Of a stretch of DNA of 64,000 nt, positions 29,705-39,294 are shown piece by piece. The notes beneath the pieces are model-generated. The model had not been told where the DNA came from and did not search any database. It worked only from the letters and a program-made list of their open reading frames with translations. Origin of the DNA: an uncultured virus (IMG/VR IMGVR_UViG_3300006737_000026) (lineage: Duplodnaviria; Heunggongvirae; Uroviricota; Caudoviricetes); IMG/VR virus record IMGVR_UViG_3300006737_000026; one strand, given 5' to 3'. Made by a program: the position numbers and the translations under genes. Within the stretch, counting starts at the first letter, position 1. Every line of letters starts with the position of its first letter.

Positions 29705-30312
29705 ACACACAGTTAATTGATAACTATCATGTTTATATTCCTCAATTAATCAGCGAGGAAGAAGCAGTTAGTTATGCTGATGAATTTATTAAATTTGATG
29801 AGCAGTATCATTATCCAACAGATGATAAATTGCTGCATGCAATGAATTCAATGGAATCTACAGCAGCATCTCTGTACAATCAAATTGGTGCAGTAGAATT
29901 ACTGTGTAGATTGACACCGCAGATTAGTTCTATCGTTGAAGAGACTGTTGTTCCTTCATATTCATTTGCTAGAATATATCGTAACAACGATTTCTTACCT
30001 CCACATGTAGATCGTGCCGCGTGTGAAATCTCACTGACTCTGCATATGAAAGGGGACCACAGTTGGCCCTTTGAAATTGAAAAACCTGATGGTACAATAC
30101 AATCATTTGAATTGAATCGTGGTGATGCTGTATTGTATTTGGGTCCTGTTGCTTTCCATAGCAGGAACACTAAGTATCAAGGAACTGAGTATGTACAGTT
30201 CTTCCTGCACTATGTAAGAAGCAGGGGTATCTACTGCAACGCTGTATTTGACAGCATGGCAGTTATGAATGATCATGAAACACTATTGAAAGAATACCAT
30301 GCCTTACGATGA
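29701..30312 (+). CDS. 2OG-Fe(II) oxygenase-like protein
   Basis: SFARIY..LPPHVDRAACEISLTL, GDAVLY...HSR, QFFLHYV. Confidence 0.75.
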   Translation: MNTQLIDNYHVYIPQLISEEEAVSYADEFIKFDEQYHYPTDDKLLHAMNSMESTAASLYNQIGAVELLCRLTPQISSIVEETVVPSYSFARIYRNNDFLPPHVDRAACEISLTLHMKGDHSWPFEIEKPDGTIQSFELNRGDAVLYLGPVAFHSRNTKYQGTEYVQFFLHYVRSRGIYCNAVFDSMAVMNDHETLLKEYHALR

Positions 30313-30700
30313 ACGCTATCCTCTAAAGGATTATTTGAACTCTATCAATCTGACTAAAGATTATTTGATGGATGAAGATCCCCTTTGGGAAAAGAACTAT
30401 CCCGTGTATGTAGTTAACAGGTGTATGTCTCAACACCTAGATACTATCATGGTCGCTAATGAAATGAACCAGAATTCTCATCTGGACAAGAAATTACAAT
30501 ATGATTTCTTTATAAATACGGTGAGACCCCGCAAGAGATTTTCTCCTTGGGGTAAAAAACAAAAGGTTGATGATCTTGAACTTGTCAAGCAATATTATGG
30601 ATACTCCAATGAAAAGGCAATACAAGCACTTAGGATTCTCACTCCAACTCAAATCGATTTCATTAGAACTAAACTGAATACAGGGGGTAAGAAACGATGA
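30299..30700 (+). CDS. g62: clamp loader small subunit gp62
   Basis: DYLNSIN, QYDFFINTVRPRKRFSPW, YYGYSNEKA. Confidence 0.92.
   Translation: MPYDERYPLKDYLNSINLTKDYLMDEDPLWEKNYPVYVVNRCMSQHLDTIMVANEMNQNSHLDKKLQYDFFINTVRPRKRFSPWGKKQKVDDLELVKQYYGYSNEKAIQALRILTPTQIDFIRTKLNTGGKKR
30511..30518 (+). promoter_or_regulatory. T4-type late promoter (internal to g62, upstream of regA)
   Basis: TATAAATA. Confidence 0.5.
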
Positions 30701-31125
30701 ACGAAGTGAAAGAAGTCCAATGGACTAAAGATGATATGGTTGAGGTCAATCTCAAAGAACCTGATGATTTTCTGAAGGTGCGTGAGACTCTTACTCGTAT
30801 TGGTGTTGCTTCTCGTAAAGAGAAAAAATTATATCAGTCCTGCCACATTCTACATAAAAAAGGACAGTATTATATTGTACATTTCAAAGAACTGTTTGCT
30901 CTAGATGGTAAGAAGGCGAACCTTTCTGAGAACGATGTACAAAGACGCAATAGAATTATTAAATTGTTATCTGACTGGGGACTTGTAGAGATCGTAAAAG
31001 AATCTGCAATCAAAGATGCTGCACCACTCAGTCAAATTAAAGTTATCTCGTATAAAGATAAGGGTGAATGGACGCTAGAATCCAAGTACAACATTGGCAA
31101 GAAAAGACAGGTTCCAGAATCCTAA
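30697..31125 (+). CDS. regA: translational repressor RegA
   Basis: PDDFLKVRETLTRIGVAS, QSCHILHK, YIVHFKELF. Confidence 0.97.
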   Translation: MNEVKEVQWTKDDMVEVNLKEPDDFLKVRETLTRIGVASRKEKKLYQSCHILHKKGQYYIVHFKELFALDGKKANLSENDVQRRNRIIKLLSDWGLVEIVKESAIKDAAPLSQIKVISYKDKGEWTLESKYNIGKKRQVPES

Positions 31126-31151
31126 ATAGAGCTGCCGTATAATGCAGATAT

Positions 31152-31571
31152 ATGTCAGAAGAAGTAAAAAAGGAGGAACCTAAAAAGAAGGGTATTCTCG
31201 GAAAACTTAAAGAGGCAGCCGATGATAAAGAAGAGCAACTTGCTATTCTTTCTACCTTTGTTAGACTCGGTATTCTTGTTTGGAGCGGCGGAATCCTGAC
31301 CCTGGCATACATCAAACTACCACCTGCTTTGGGTATTCCAGAGCAGAAACTCGATCCGACTTTTATAGCCTCGGTGTTTACTGGGGTTTTAGCTACCTTC
31401 GGGGTTCAGGCAGCGAAGGGTAAAGAAGGTGGTGGTAATGGTGGTGGTATCACTAAAGAACAGATGGAGAGACTAATTGAAAAGGCAGCACAAACTGCTC
31501 CTTCTCAAACAATTAGAATCGAACAAGCACCTGTTCAGATCACAACTAAAGATGACTCATACAAAATGTAA
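31152..31571 (+). CDS. membrane protein (2 TM)
   Basis: Two hydrophobic helices; CTAAATA late-promoter variant upstream. Confidence 0.75.
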   Translation: MSEEVKKEEPKKKGILGKLKEAADDKEEQLAILSTFVRLGILVWSGGILTLAYIKLPPALGIPEQKLDPTFIASVFTGVLATFGVQAAKGKEGGGNGGGITKEQMERLIEKAAQTAPSQTIRIEQAPVQITTKDDSYKM

Positions 31572-31576
31572 TTACT

Positions 31577-31855
31577 ATGCAAAAAATTATTAATGTATTA
31601 GCAGTCCTATCATTCGCTGGTGTCGCAGGCATCGTGGGTGGTGGGACTTATGTGTATCTACAGAAAGATGCACTTATCGAATCCGCTAAGGAAAAGGTTG
31701 CTGCTGCCGCAGCAGAAGCGATTGCAGGAGCACTCCCTGGCATGATGGGTGGTGCTTTGCCTAAGACAACTGGTGGTGCAATCCCTCTACAAGGCACACA
31801 GGCACCCACTGGCGGGATGGGACTACCATTAGGAGGGGGAATTCCTGGAATGTGA
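31577..31855 (+). CDS. membrane-anchored Gly/Ala-rich protein
   Basis: N-terminal TM segment. Confidence 0.7.
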   Translation: MQKIINVLAVLSFAGVAGIVGGGTYVYLQKDALIESAKEKVAAAAAEAIAGALPGMMGGALPKTTGGAIPLQGTQAPTGGMGLPLGGGIPGM

Positions 31856-32415
31856 TGAAACCTGTAACTCTATTTGCTGTTGTTGCTGGAGGTATCTTAG
31901 GTATCTCCCATATTGGTATGATTGGGATGTTATACAATTCCAGAAAATTGCCAGTTATCGATCCACCTGTAGGTGAATATTCATCCTATAAGGCAGAGGT
32001 TGGCACTAACGGATACAAAATAGAATACAAGGGTAATGATCCCAAGACCATGGAAGTCGAAAAATTTGTAGATAAGAAGAATGGATTCTTTGGTATTGGT
32101 GGCAAATCTATTGTAACCTTTAAAGAAGAATACACTATGGATGGTGCTCGCCATCTGGGAGCGAACTCCGAGGGAAAGTTAACCGCTGCCAACGTGGCAT
32201 GCATCGAAGCGGTGGGCGGTGGCAAACAGACTGGTCGTGTCGTCGGCGCTAGCATGGGTGCCGCTGCTGCTGGTTATGTCACAGGCATACCCTTCGTAGG
32301 ACCCGTCCTAGGCGGTCTGGTTGCCCTCTTCGGCGCTGATAAGGGTGCTGATGTGGGTGGTGAACTTGCTACTGAACTGAGTGAGGACTGTGAGGATGGA
32401 GATACAAAAGATTGA
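31852..32415 (+). CDS. glycine-zipper membrane protein
   Basis: N-terminal TM; C-terminal GxxxG repeats (GRVVGASMGAAAAG...GPVLGGLVALFG). Confidence 0.7.
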   Translation: MMKPVTLFAVVAGGILGISHIGMIGMLYNSRKLPVIDPPVGEYSSYKAEVGTNGYKIEYKGNDPKTMEVEKFVDKKNGFFGIGGKSIVTFKEEYTMDGARHLGANSEGKLTAANVACIEAVGGGKQTGRVVGASMGAAAAGYVTGIPFVGPVLGGLVALFGADKGADVGGELATELSEDCEDGDTKD

Positions 32416-33178
32416 TATCCCTCGTAGGGAGGTGGGCGTACAACCGATTCCTAGGGTATATACCCCTGAATGGTTAAAGAGCGCCCCCACAGTCCTCCCT
32501 CCGAACCCTCCAGTGACTACTCAGATTGGTGTGCCTATCATCAATATGCCTGGGTGTGTTGAGGCACACGAACAGAATTCTGGTAGAGAGAAGAGTGGTA
32601 TCCTGTCTGCAGATGACCCGAAAGGTGTGAAGGTCTTCTGTGACTCTGGTATGCCCTCGTTCAATCCTATTAATTACGATAAAGATAAATTAAAGTTTCC
32701 ACAGAAAAAGGTAGAACCTCCAAAGATTCCACCCCCTGAACCTTTAGAACCACCTACAGCACCTAAGGTTCCTGATAAATTACCACAATGTCCTACAGAA
32801 GTGCAGAAACTTGAAGCACCAGTAGGGACATTAACTGATGCTGGTAGGAAGAAGATTGTTGAATACAGGATGGTTGAAAAACAATGTGTCGCAATCAAAG
32901 ATGATTTAGAGATTGTTGATCAGGTTGTCAAAGCAATTCCATCAACAGGACAAGTTGTAACTACAGCATCAATTACTATTATTGCAACCGCTGCAGCAAC
33001 AGCAACTCCTTTCTTATTGAAGGCTGTCAAACCTATCGTCAAACAGATAATCAAAAAGATTAAGAAGAAACTAGGAAAAGAACCTCCTAAGTTAACTGCT
33101 AATGAGATTCGTGCTAATCAATATAGACAAAAGAAAGGGTTGCCTGAACTCAAGCAACCCAAGAAGAAGAAAAAATAA
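32396..33178 (+). CDS. Pro-rich protein with C-terminal TM and basic tail
   Basis: Pro-rich linker, Cys pairs, TM (VVTTASITIIATAAATATPFLL), Lys-rich C-terminus. Confidence 0.7.
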   Translation: MEIQKIDIPRREVGVQPIPRVYTPEWLKSAPTVLPPNPPVTTQIGVPIINMPGCVEAHEQNSGREKSGILSADDPKGVKVFCDSGMPSFNPINYDKDKLKFPQKKVEPPKIPPPEPLEPPTAPKVPDKLPQCPTEVQKLEAPVGTLTDAGRKKIVEYRMVEKQCVAIKDDLEIVDQVVKAIPSTGQVVTTASITIIATAAATATPFLLKAVKPIVKQIIKKIKKKLGKEPPKLTANEIRANQYRQKKGLPELKQPKKKKK

Positions 33179-34051
33179 TTAAGGTTTAGATATTGGTAGT
33201 AAATCTTCTGCTGTACCAGTAGGAATCGTATGACTATGTTGAGCAACACCAGTTATATTTTGAACTGATACGTCTCTGCAGATATTTGCATAAGGACTCC
33301 AAGATGCGAAGGAGATACCTTTCTTCGCTAACTCACCACATTTGGTTAATCTTGTAAGTTCAAACTCTAATCTACGATTGGCAAGAATCTGACCACGCAA
33401 TTCATTATGATGTTGTGCTGCTTCTTTACAAAGTTCTTGCTGCTTACCATCTAATGGCCATGAGATTGTTGCTGAGAATCCTGCATTCCAGTTGTGGTTA
33501 TCTTTTTGCCCAGTTCGTATGTTCCGATAATAGAGGACTTCTCCTGGCTTGTCAGGAATTCCGTCAGGAATAGGGTTGCCATCGTCATCAAAAGCACCAC
33601 TAAGGTCAAGCATATTATATACAGGGTCATCATAATGACTCTCATAGGGATGCTGCCAACTAAAACTTCGTGTAACATATGGCGTAAAATTCATTGTTGG
33701 TCCTTGACAAGCAATACCATCTCCGTATTGATTTGTAATATAAGGACCTTGTAAAACCTGAATAGCTTGATTGGTGACTGAGCCTGAACTATTCGCAACG
33801 GGAGCAGCAGTTGCACTTACTCCCCCTACAGTTTCCGCAACCGCAGGTGTCACATTGGTGAGTTGTGTTAGACATAAAACTATTGGGTAAAGATACTTGT
33901 GGTGTCTGTTACGCTTTGAATCGTCGTTGTTCTTTCGATGATTGTATGGTTCGAGAGACCTGGTGCCATGTAAGATTCTACGAAGGAGAACTGACCGCCT
34001 GGAGTTGACTGCTTCCAACTTGGTTTCGTTCCCATATTCATTCCTGTCCAT
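33179..34051 (-). CDS. putative exported protein (start uncertain)
   Basis: Internal signal-peptide-like stretch KRNRHHKYLYPIVLCL...PAVA/ETVGG, beta-rich region, Cys-containing helical C-terminus. Confidence 0.7.
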   Translation of the reverse strand: MDRNEYGNETKLEAVNSRRSVLLRRILHGTRSLEPYNHRKNNDDSKRNRHHKYLYPIVLCLTQLTNVTPAVAETVGGVSATAAPVANSSGSVTNQAIQVLQGPYITNQYGDGIACQGPTMNFTPYVTRSFSWQHPYESHYDDPVYNMLDLSGAFDDDGNPIPDGIPDKPGEVLYYRNIRTGQKDNHNWNAGFSATISWPLDGKQQELCKEAAQHHNELRGQILANRRLEFELTRLTKCGELAKKGISFASWSPYANICRDVSVQNITGVAQHSHTIPTGTAEDLLPISKP

Positions 34052-34350
34052 GTCGAAGAAATTCCATTACTATTAGTTGATGATGAAGGTGCTTGTACGT
34101 TGATTGACTCAGTGCCACTAGGGTTTATGTTTCCGCCTGTAGGTTCTACTCCATGCCCACTTACAGAATATGTATATCCTGTGTTGTAGTCCATAGAATT
34201 GATTACCTCGACCACTTCTGAGGTTGTCTCCGTGTGAGTCGTCATTTGGCCCTGCTGGAAATTTGGGACCACGGGGACCGCCCGTGCAGGAGCAAGTATG
34301 AAACTTGCACCCGCCACAGCAATCACAGATGTAACTATCTGGATTCTCAC
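33880..34350 (-). CDS. putative exported Ser/Thr-rich protein
   Basis: Signal peptide (...APARA/VPVVPNF); AGGAGG RBS. Confidence 0.75.
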   Translation of the reverse strand: MRIQIVTSVIAVAGASFILAPARAVPVVPNFQQGQMTTHTETTSEVVEVINSMDYNTGYTYSVSGHGVEPTGGNINPSGTESINVQAPSSSTNSNGISSTWTGMNMGTKPSWKQSTPGGQFSFVESYMAPGLSNHTIIERTTTIQSVTDTTSIFTQ

Positions 34351-34361
34351 AAGGATCCTCC

Positions 34362-34847
34362 TTATTTGATGATGAGCTCACTAGAGAACTGTCCGATAGC
34401 ACTTGTTCCAGCGCCACCTGCCGTCAGCGCCATGGTTCCCGCTGAATCTATGGTTCCAGCTAGGTTTCCAGCGGTTCCAGCTGCATTACTTGTCATGTTG
34501 CCGAAGTTCTGAATTTCTCCAGTAGTCGCTGCACTAGTGGGGATGACATCAGCTTGTGTAAAACTGGCACTAAAACTGAATGCTTCTCCTGCAGTTTTTT
34601 GGGTTGCTGCAATAGCACCTGGAGAATATACGCCAGAGGTGACAGCACCTGTGGAGATGGTTCCTGCAGTTGTACCGTCTGTTGTGTTTACATTGTTCCC
34701 AGAAATCGAGTAGGAATTTCCGAGTCTTGTAGCTTGCGTTGCTGCTGAATTCACTTGCAGTTGAACGCTAGACGATAGACGATGGGTGATGTCTGCATAT
34801 GCAGGCGATGCCATCAATAACATAACGATAGGTAAGAATCTCTTCAT
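34362..34847 (-). CDS. putative exported Gly/Ala/Ser/Thr-rich beta protein
   Basis: Signal peptide MKRFLPIVMLLMASPAYA/DI. Confidence 0.8.
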   Translation of the reverse strand: MKRFLPIVMLLMASPAYADITHRLSSSVQLQVNSAATQATRLGNSYSISGNNVNTTDGTTAGTISTGAVTSGVYSPGAIAATQKTAGEAFSFSASFTQADVIPTSAATTGEIQNFGNMTSNAAGTAGNLAGTIDSAGTMALTAGGAGTSAIGQFSSELIIK

Positions 34848-34949
34848 TTTTCCATCGATAGGGTGTCCTAATATATGTAGGTGGGGGCAACCTTACAAAA
34901 TAGTTCGGAATGTACCCACGAATATTACAGGATAATACTGTTAAATATA

Positions 34950-35008
34950 TGTGATTGCCTTCGGGGATCACACATACAAACTCGCTTATAAAAGGAGCAT
35001 AACAAATG
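34950..35008 (+). promoter_or_regulatory. structured hsp20 leader with ROSE-like SD-occluding hairpin
   Basis: TTCG-capped hairpin 34950-34972, then CTCGCTT-ATAA-AAGGAG (34981-34997) pairing the SD with a bulged G. Confidence 0.6.
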
Positions 35009-35497
35009 ACTGGACTTAGAAAGTTCACCAGTAAAGATCTTGGTGCCATCGTAGATGCTACACAACGCTACAGTGTAGGCATGGACGATTTATTTTACAG
35101 ACTGCATTCCTATGGGACGGGATCAGTTAACGAATCATATCCCCCATATAACATTGTCAAAGAATCAGAAATCAAGTGGAGAATTGAATTAGCACTTGCT
35201 GGTTGGGCAAAAGAAGATATCGAAGTTACCACTGAAAGTAATGTTCTTGTGGTAAAATCTAAGAAAGATAAGAAGGTCGAAGAAGAGTATCTACATAAGG
35301 GTGTGTCATCTCGCACGTTCGCAAGAGGATTCAACTTATCAGATGATGTCGAAATCGGCACAGTCACTTTCGATAATGGATTGCTTGTGATAGAATTGAG
35401 AAGGATTATCCCTGATCACCAGAAGCACAAAGTTTATGAGATCCAAAATTCTGCATTACCTGAAGGTGATGCTGATGCATCCAGTGACGCACTTTAA
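35006..35497 (+). CDS. hsp20: small heat shock protein Hsp20
   Basis: YPPYNIV, ELALAG, YLHKGVSSRTFARGFNL, NGLLVIEL. Confidence 0.95.
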   Translation: MTGLRKFTSKDLGAIVDATQRYSVGMDDLFYRLHSYGTGSVNESYPPYNIVKESEIKWRIELALAGWAKEDIEVTTESNVLVVKSKKDKKVEEEYLHKGVSSRTFARGFNLSDDVEIGTVTFDNGLLVIELRRIIPDHQKHKVYEIQNSALPEGDADASSDAL

Positions 35498-35651
35498 TAT
35501 CCTGTCTGTAGGAATGTTGATCATGATCGGACTGCTGCATAACCATGCTCATTTTCATATGAGCAATGATGCAGATGCTTATGTCAGACAATGGTGTAAG
35601 TCTTCAGATGAAAACATGGCGACGTGTAAAAGTTATGGCGGCGACTGGTGA
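35436..35651 (+). CDS. small membrane protein
   Basis: One TM plus a His-rich segment and a Cys pair; overlaps the hsp20 end. Confidence 0.55.
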   Translation: MRSKILHYLKVMLMHPVTHFNILSVGMLIMIGLLHNHAHFHMSNDADAYVRQWCKSSDENMATCKSYGGDW

Positions 35652-35684
35652 TATATAATGATGCTTGTGTCACAAAATTAACCT

Positions 35685-35972
35685 ATGAACGTAACTATTA
35701 AGCAACCTGACGGCACCGCCACAACTTTTGAATGTCCAGAAGATGAATATATCTTAGATGCTGCTGAAGAAGCAGGAATTGATATGCCATATTCCTGTCG
35801 TGCTGGTGCATGTTCTACATGTGCTGGTAAAATCGAAAGCGGTACAGTTAACCAGGAAGATCAATCCTTCCTTGATGATGATCAAATTGAAGCAGGATTC
35901 GTTTTGACCTGTGTCGCATACCCAACATCTGATGTTGTAATCTTTAGCGAACAGGAGGAATCACTTTATTGA
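35685..35972 (+). CDS. petF: plant-type [2Fe-2S] ferredoxin
   Basis: [15 protein letters not shown]...QSFLDDDQ...LTCVAYP. Confidence 0.98.
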   Translation: MNVTIKQPDGTATTFECPEDEYILDAAEEAGIDMPYSCRAGACSTCAGKIESGTVNQEDQSFLDDDQIEAGFVLTCVAYPTSDVVIFSEQEESLY

Positions 35973-35993
35973 TTGCTATATAATGTACAACTA

Positions 35994-36023
35994 AAGAGAC
36001 CACCCTGACGGGGGTCTCTTTTT
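35994..36023 (+). terminator. intrinsic terminator after petF
   Basis: AAGAGACC(A)CCC-TGAC-GGGGGTCTCTT plus a T run. Confidence 0.8.
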
Positions 36024-36036
36024 ATTTGAGGTTAGT

Positions 36037-36267
36037 ATGAACATCTACCTAAACCTAAAACCGAATAATTATGATGGAGAATCGGATCTCCTGACATTAG
36101 ACTTGCCAGCAAGTTACTTAGATGATATAATGCGTTATGTCAGACCTATTGCTGAGCAAAAAGAAGTCGCGGACTACAAAGTCCTGAAAGACATTATTAA
36201 AGAATCAGCACTTGAAATTTCACGGAGGAGCTATGAGCGTAAGGGTCGTAAGAACAAGAAACGGTGA
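36037..36267 (+). CDS. hypothetical protein
   Basis: GAGG RBS; clean ORF. Confidence 0.6.
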   Translation: MNIYLNLKPNNYDGESDLLTLDLPASYLDDIMRYVRPIAEQKEVADYKVLKDIIKESALEISRRSYERKGRKNKKR

Positions 36268-36598
36268 AGATGTCATTTGTGACATCCGAGAAATCTCTGC
36301 AGAAGGAGAGCAAAAAGTTCTTGGTTATCAACTGATTTGTCCTTACACAATTTGGATCTCAGAAGGAATGACCGCTGAAGATGACGATGGTAACATCCAC
36401 AAGATCAGTAACCCTGAGATTACTATGGAACCATATGCACCTTTAGCAAAGGAACATAAACTCATCGTTCGATACGATGAGATCATTAGTGCATACGAAA
36501 CACATGACGATGTACTCAAAAAATATCAAGAACTGGTGGAGGCAACTCATGGAATCGAATCTGAAGATAATCCTGTTGAAGAACGGGAATCTGTCTGA
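36233..36598 (+). CDS. conserved hypothetical (Sm-like) protein
   Basis: MSVRVVRTRNGEDVICD; GGAGGAG RBS. Confidence 0.7.
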   Translation: MSVRVVRTRNGEDVICDIREISAEGEQKVLGYQLICPYTIWISEGMTAEDDDGNIHKISNPEITMEPYAPLAKEHKLIVRYDEIISAYETHDDVLKKYQELVEATHGIESEDNPVEERESV

Positions 36599-36803
36599 TT
36601 ATCTAATTGGCAAAGTAACACAGTTGGATGAGGAACCCGCTGTATTGATTGAAGGATGCTATCGCGTCCTGGAGGGTGGTGCCCTTGAGCAGTACCCATT
36701 GCACTCGTCACAACGTGACTTGTTCTTGACAAGTGAAGCACTTTTCACTATAGTAGATCCGTCAGAACAAATCGCAGACGAGTACAAAAAAATCAATGGG
36801 TAG
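36549..36803 (+). CDS. conserved hypothetical protein upstream of g43
   Basis: MESNLKIILLKNG...TIVDP; GGAGG RBS. Confidence 0.65.
   Translation: MESNLKIILLKNGNLSDYLIGKVTQLDEEPAVLIEGCYRVLEGGALEQYPLHSSQRDLFLTSEALFTIVDPSEQIADEYKKING
36726..36754 (+). promoter_or_regulatory. sigma70-type promoter for g43
   Basis: TTGACA-17-TATAGT. Confidence 0.7.
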
Positions 36804-39294
36804 ATTCTACACGAACGTTCAACTAGCAGGGAATACTATCCTCTATCGTGGGTATGAGAACGGACAACCAGTCCAATCTCGTGCCCATTTTTCACCTACG
36901 TTGTTTGTTCCTTCTAACAAGAAGGAGAAGCATCGCACCTTGAATGGTGAGTATGTGAAACCCATTAAGTTTGATACCGCAAGAGAAGCGAGAGACTTCA
37001 TCCAACAGTATGAAGGCGTTGAGGGATTCAACGTCCATGGATATGAACGCTATGTTTATCAGTTTATCTCTCAGGAGTTTCCTGATGAAGTTAACTATGA
37101 CATCAGTCAGATGAAGATCTTTGCACTTGATATTGAGGTGCAGTGTGAGAATGGGTTCCCCAACGTAGAAGAAGCAGCAGAAGAAATGCTTTCTATCACC
37201 ATCAAAGATATGGTGACCAAACAGTATTATTGCTGGGCAACTCGTGAGTTTGAAGCACCCAAGGGTGTTGAAACTAATATCTTCTGGACAGAGAATGAAA
37301 TGCTGAACCACTTCATTGGGTGGTGGGCGCAGAATACACCTGATATCCTTACGGGTTGGAACGTGAATCTATATGACGTTCCATACATCGCCCGTAGGGT
37401 TAATCGTGTGCTTGGGGAGAAATGGATGAGAAGTCTGTCTCCCTGGAACCGTGCAAATGAGAGGGAAATCTATGTCCAAGGTCGGAAAAATTATGCTTAC
37501 GATATCTCTGGTGTCAATATTCTTGACTATCTGGATCTATATCGCAAGTTTACATACTCAAATCAAGAATCTTACAGACTGGACCATATCGCTTTCGTCG
37601 AGTTGGGGCAGCGAAAGGTTGATCACTCTGAATACGAAAACTTCAAAGACTTCTATACCTCTGATTGGCAGAAGTTCATGGAGTACAACATCCAAGACGT
37701 TGAACTAATCGACCGATTGGAAGACAAGATGAAGTTGCTTGAACTAGCAATCACCATGGCCTATGATGCCAAGGTGAATTTTGAAGATGTGTATAGTCAG
37801 GTCCGTATGTGGGACACGATGATTTATAACTATCTAAAAGATCGCAACGTTGTCGTTCCTCAGAAGAAACGTGAGAAGAAAGATGAAAAGTACGCGGGGG
37901 CGTATGTTAAAGAACCGAAACCTGGACTCTATAATTGGGTTGTCTCTTTTGACCTCAATAGCCTGTATCCTCATCTTATTATGCAATACAATATCTCCCC
38001 AGAGACCTTACGGGAAACTAGACATCCGTCGGCTACAGTTGATCGAATCCTTGAACAGGAACTAGATATTGATGGGGATTATTGTGTCTGTGCAAACGGA
38101 GCACAATACCGAAAAGATATCCACGGGTTCTTACCCGAAATGATGCAACAAATCTATGATGAACGAACCATCTACAAGAAGAGGATGCTTGCCGCTAAGC
38201 AAAATCTTGAGCATGCCACCACACCTGCAGAGACCGCATCACTACAAAAGGATGTGTCCAAGTTCAACAACATCCAAATGGCAAGAAAGATCCAACTCAA
38301 CAGTGCCTATGGTGCCATCGGAAACCAATACTTCCGATATTACAATCTGGCAAATGCTGAGGCGATCACTCTCTCGGGTCAAGTCTCGATTCGTTGGATC
38401 GAAGGCAAAGTAAATAGTTACCTAAACAAACTACTAAACACGGAGGACCATGATTACGTTATTGCCAGTGATACTGATAGCATCTACATCTGTCTTGATT
38501 TACTTGTCAGTAGTGTATTTCCTTCACCAGATGTTCCTTCGGAGAGGATCGTTAACTTCCTTGACACCGCATGCAAAGAACGCATCGAACCCTTCATCGA
38601 CAAATCTTATCAAGAACTAGCATCATACGTTGGTGCCTATGAGCAGAAGATGTTCATGAAGCGAGAGAACATCGCTGAGAAGGGGATCTGGACTGCAAAG
38701 AAACGATACATCCTCAATGTCTGGGACAGCGAGGGTGTCCGCTATGAGAAACCAAAACTCAAGATGATGGGCATTGAGGCAGTCAAATCCTCTACACCTG
38801 CTGCATGCAGGACATCCATTAAGGATTGTTTGACTGTGATCATGAACCAGGATGAAGAGGCGGCACAGAAGTTTATCTCTGACTTCAGGGAAAGATTTTC
38901 ATCATTGCCGATTGAAGATATCTCTTTCCCTCGTGGATGCAATGGCATAAATAAGTGGTCGAACCCATCGACCATCTATAGCAAGGGCACACCCATTCAT
39001 GTCAGAGGAGCACTGCTGTACAACTTCCATAACAAGAAGAACAAACTAACTCATAAGTATCCCTTGATTCAGGACGGAGAGAAAATCAAGTTTGTGTATC
39101 TGAAGACACCTAATAAGATTGGCGAGAATGTGATCAGTTATCTGAACACGTTCCCCAAGGAGTTTGCACTTGACAAACAGGTGGATTATGATCTACAATT
39201 CTCAAAGAGTTTCCTTGATCCCATCAAAGTTATTATGGATACAATCGGTTGGCAACCTGAAAAAGTAGCATCACTGGAGTTTCTATTCGGATGA
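36796..39294 (+). CDS. g43: family B DNA polymerase gp43
   Basis: DIEV exonuclease, SFDLNSLYP, KIQLNSAYG, SDTDS, KKRY; uninterrupted. Confidence 0.98.
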   Translation: MGRFYTNVQLAGNTILYRGYENGQPVQSRAHFSPTLFVPSNKKEKHRTLNGEYVKPIKFDTAREARDFIQQYEGVEGFNVHGYERYVYQFISQEFPDEVNYDISQMKIFALDIEVQCENGFPNVEEAAEEMLSITIKDMVTKQYYCWATREFEAPKGVETNIFWTENEMLNHFIGWWAQNTPDILTGWNVNLYDVPYIARRVNRVLGEKWMRSLSPWNRANEREIYVQGRKNYAYDISGVNILDYLDLYRKFTYSNQESYRLDHIAFVELGQRKVDHSEYENFKDFYTSDWQKFMEYNIQDVELIDRLEDKMKLLELAITMAYDAKVNFEDVYSQVRMWDTMIYNYLKDRNVVVPQKKREKKDEKYAGAYVKEPKPGLYNWVVSFDLNSLYPHLIMQYNISPETLRETRHPSATVDRILEQELDIDGDYCVCANGAQYRKDIHGFLPEMMQQIYDERTIYKKRMLAAKQNLEHATTPAETASLQKDVSKFNNIQMARKIQLNSAYGAIGNQYFRYYNLANAEAITLSGQVSIRWIEGKVNSYLNKLLNTEDHDYVIASDTDSIYICLDLLVSSVFPSPDVPSERIVNFLDTACKERIEPFIDKSYQELASYVGAYEQKMFMKRENIAEKGIWTAKKRYILNVWDSEGVRYEKPKLKMMGIEAVKSSTPAACRTSIKDCLTVIMNQDEEAAQKFISDFRERFSSLPIEDISFPRGCNGINKWSNPSTIYSKGTPIHVRGALLYNFHNKKNKLTHKYPLIQDGEKIKFVYLKTPNKIGENVISYLNTFPKEFALDKQVDYDLQFSKSFLDPIKVIMDTIGWQPEKVASLEFLFG
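39170..39199 (+). promoter_or_regulatory. sigma70-type promoter upstream of the uvsX block
   Basis: TTGACA-18-TACAAT within the g43 3' end. Confidence 0.5.

Noticed and set aside
33179..34847. Curli (csgA/F/G) assignment for the exported proteins
   Set aside because: No curlin repeats or CsgG lipoprotein signature are visible.
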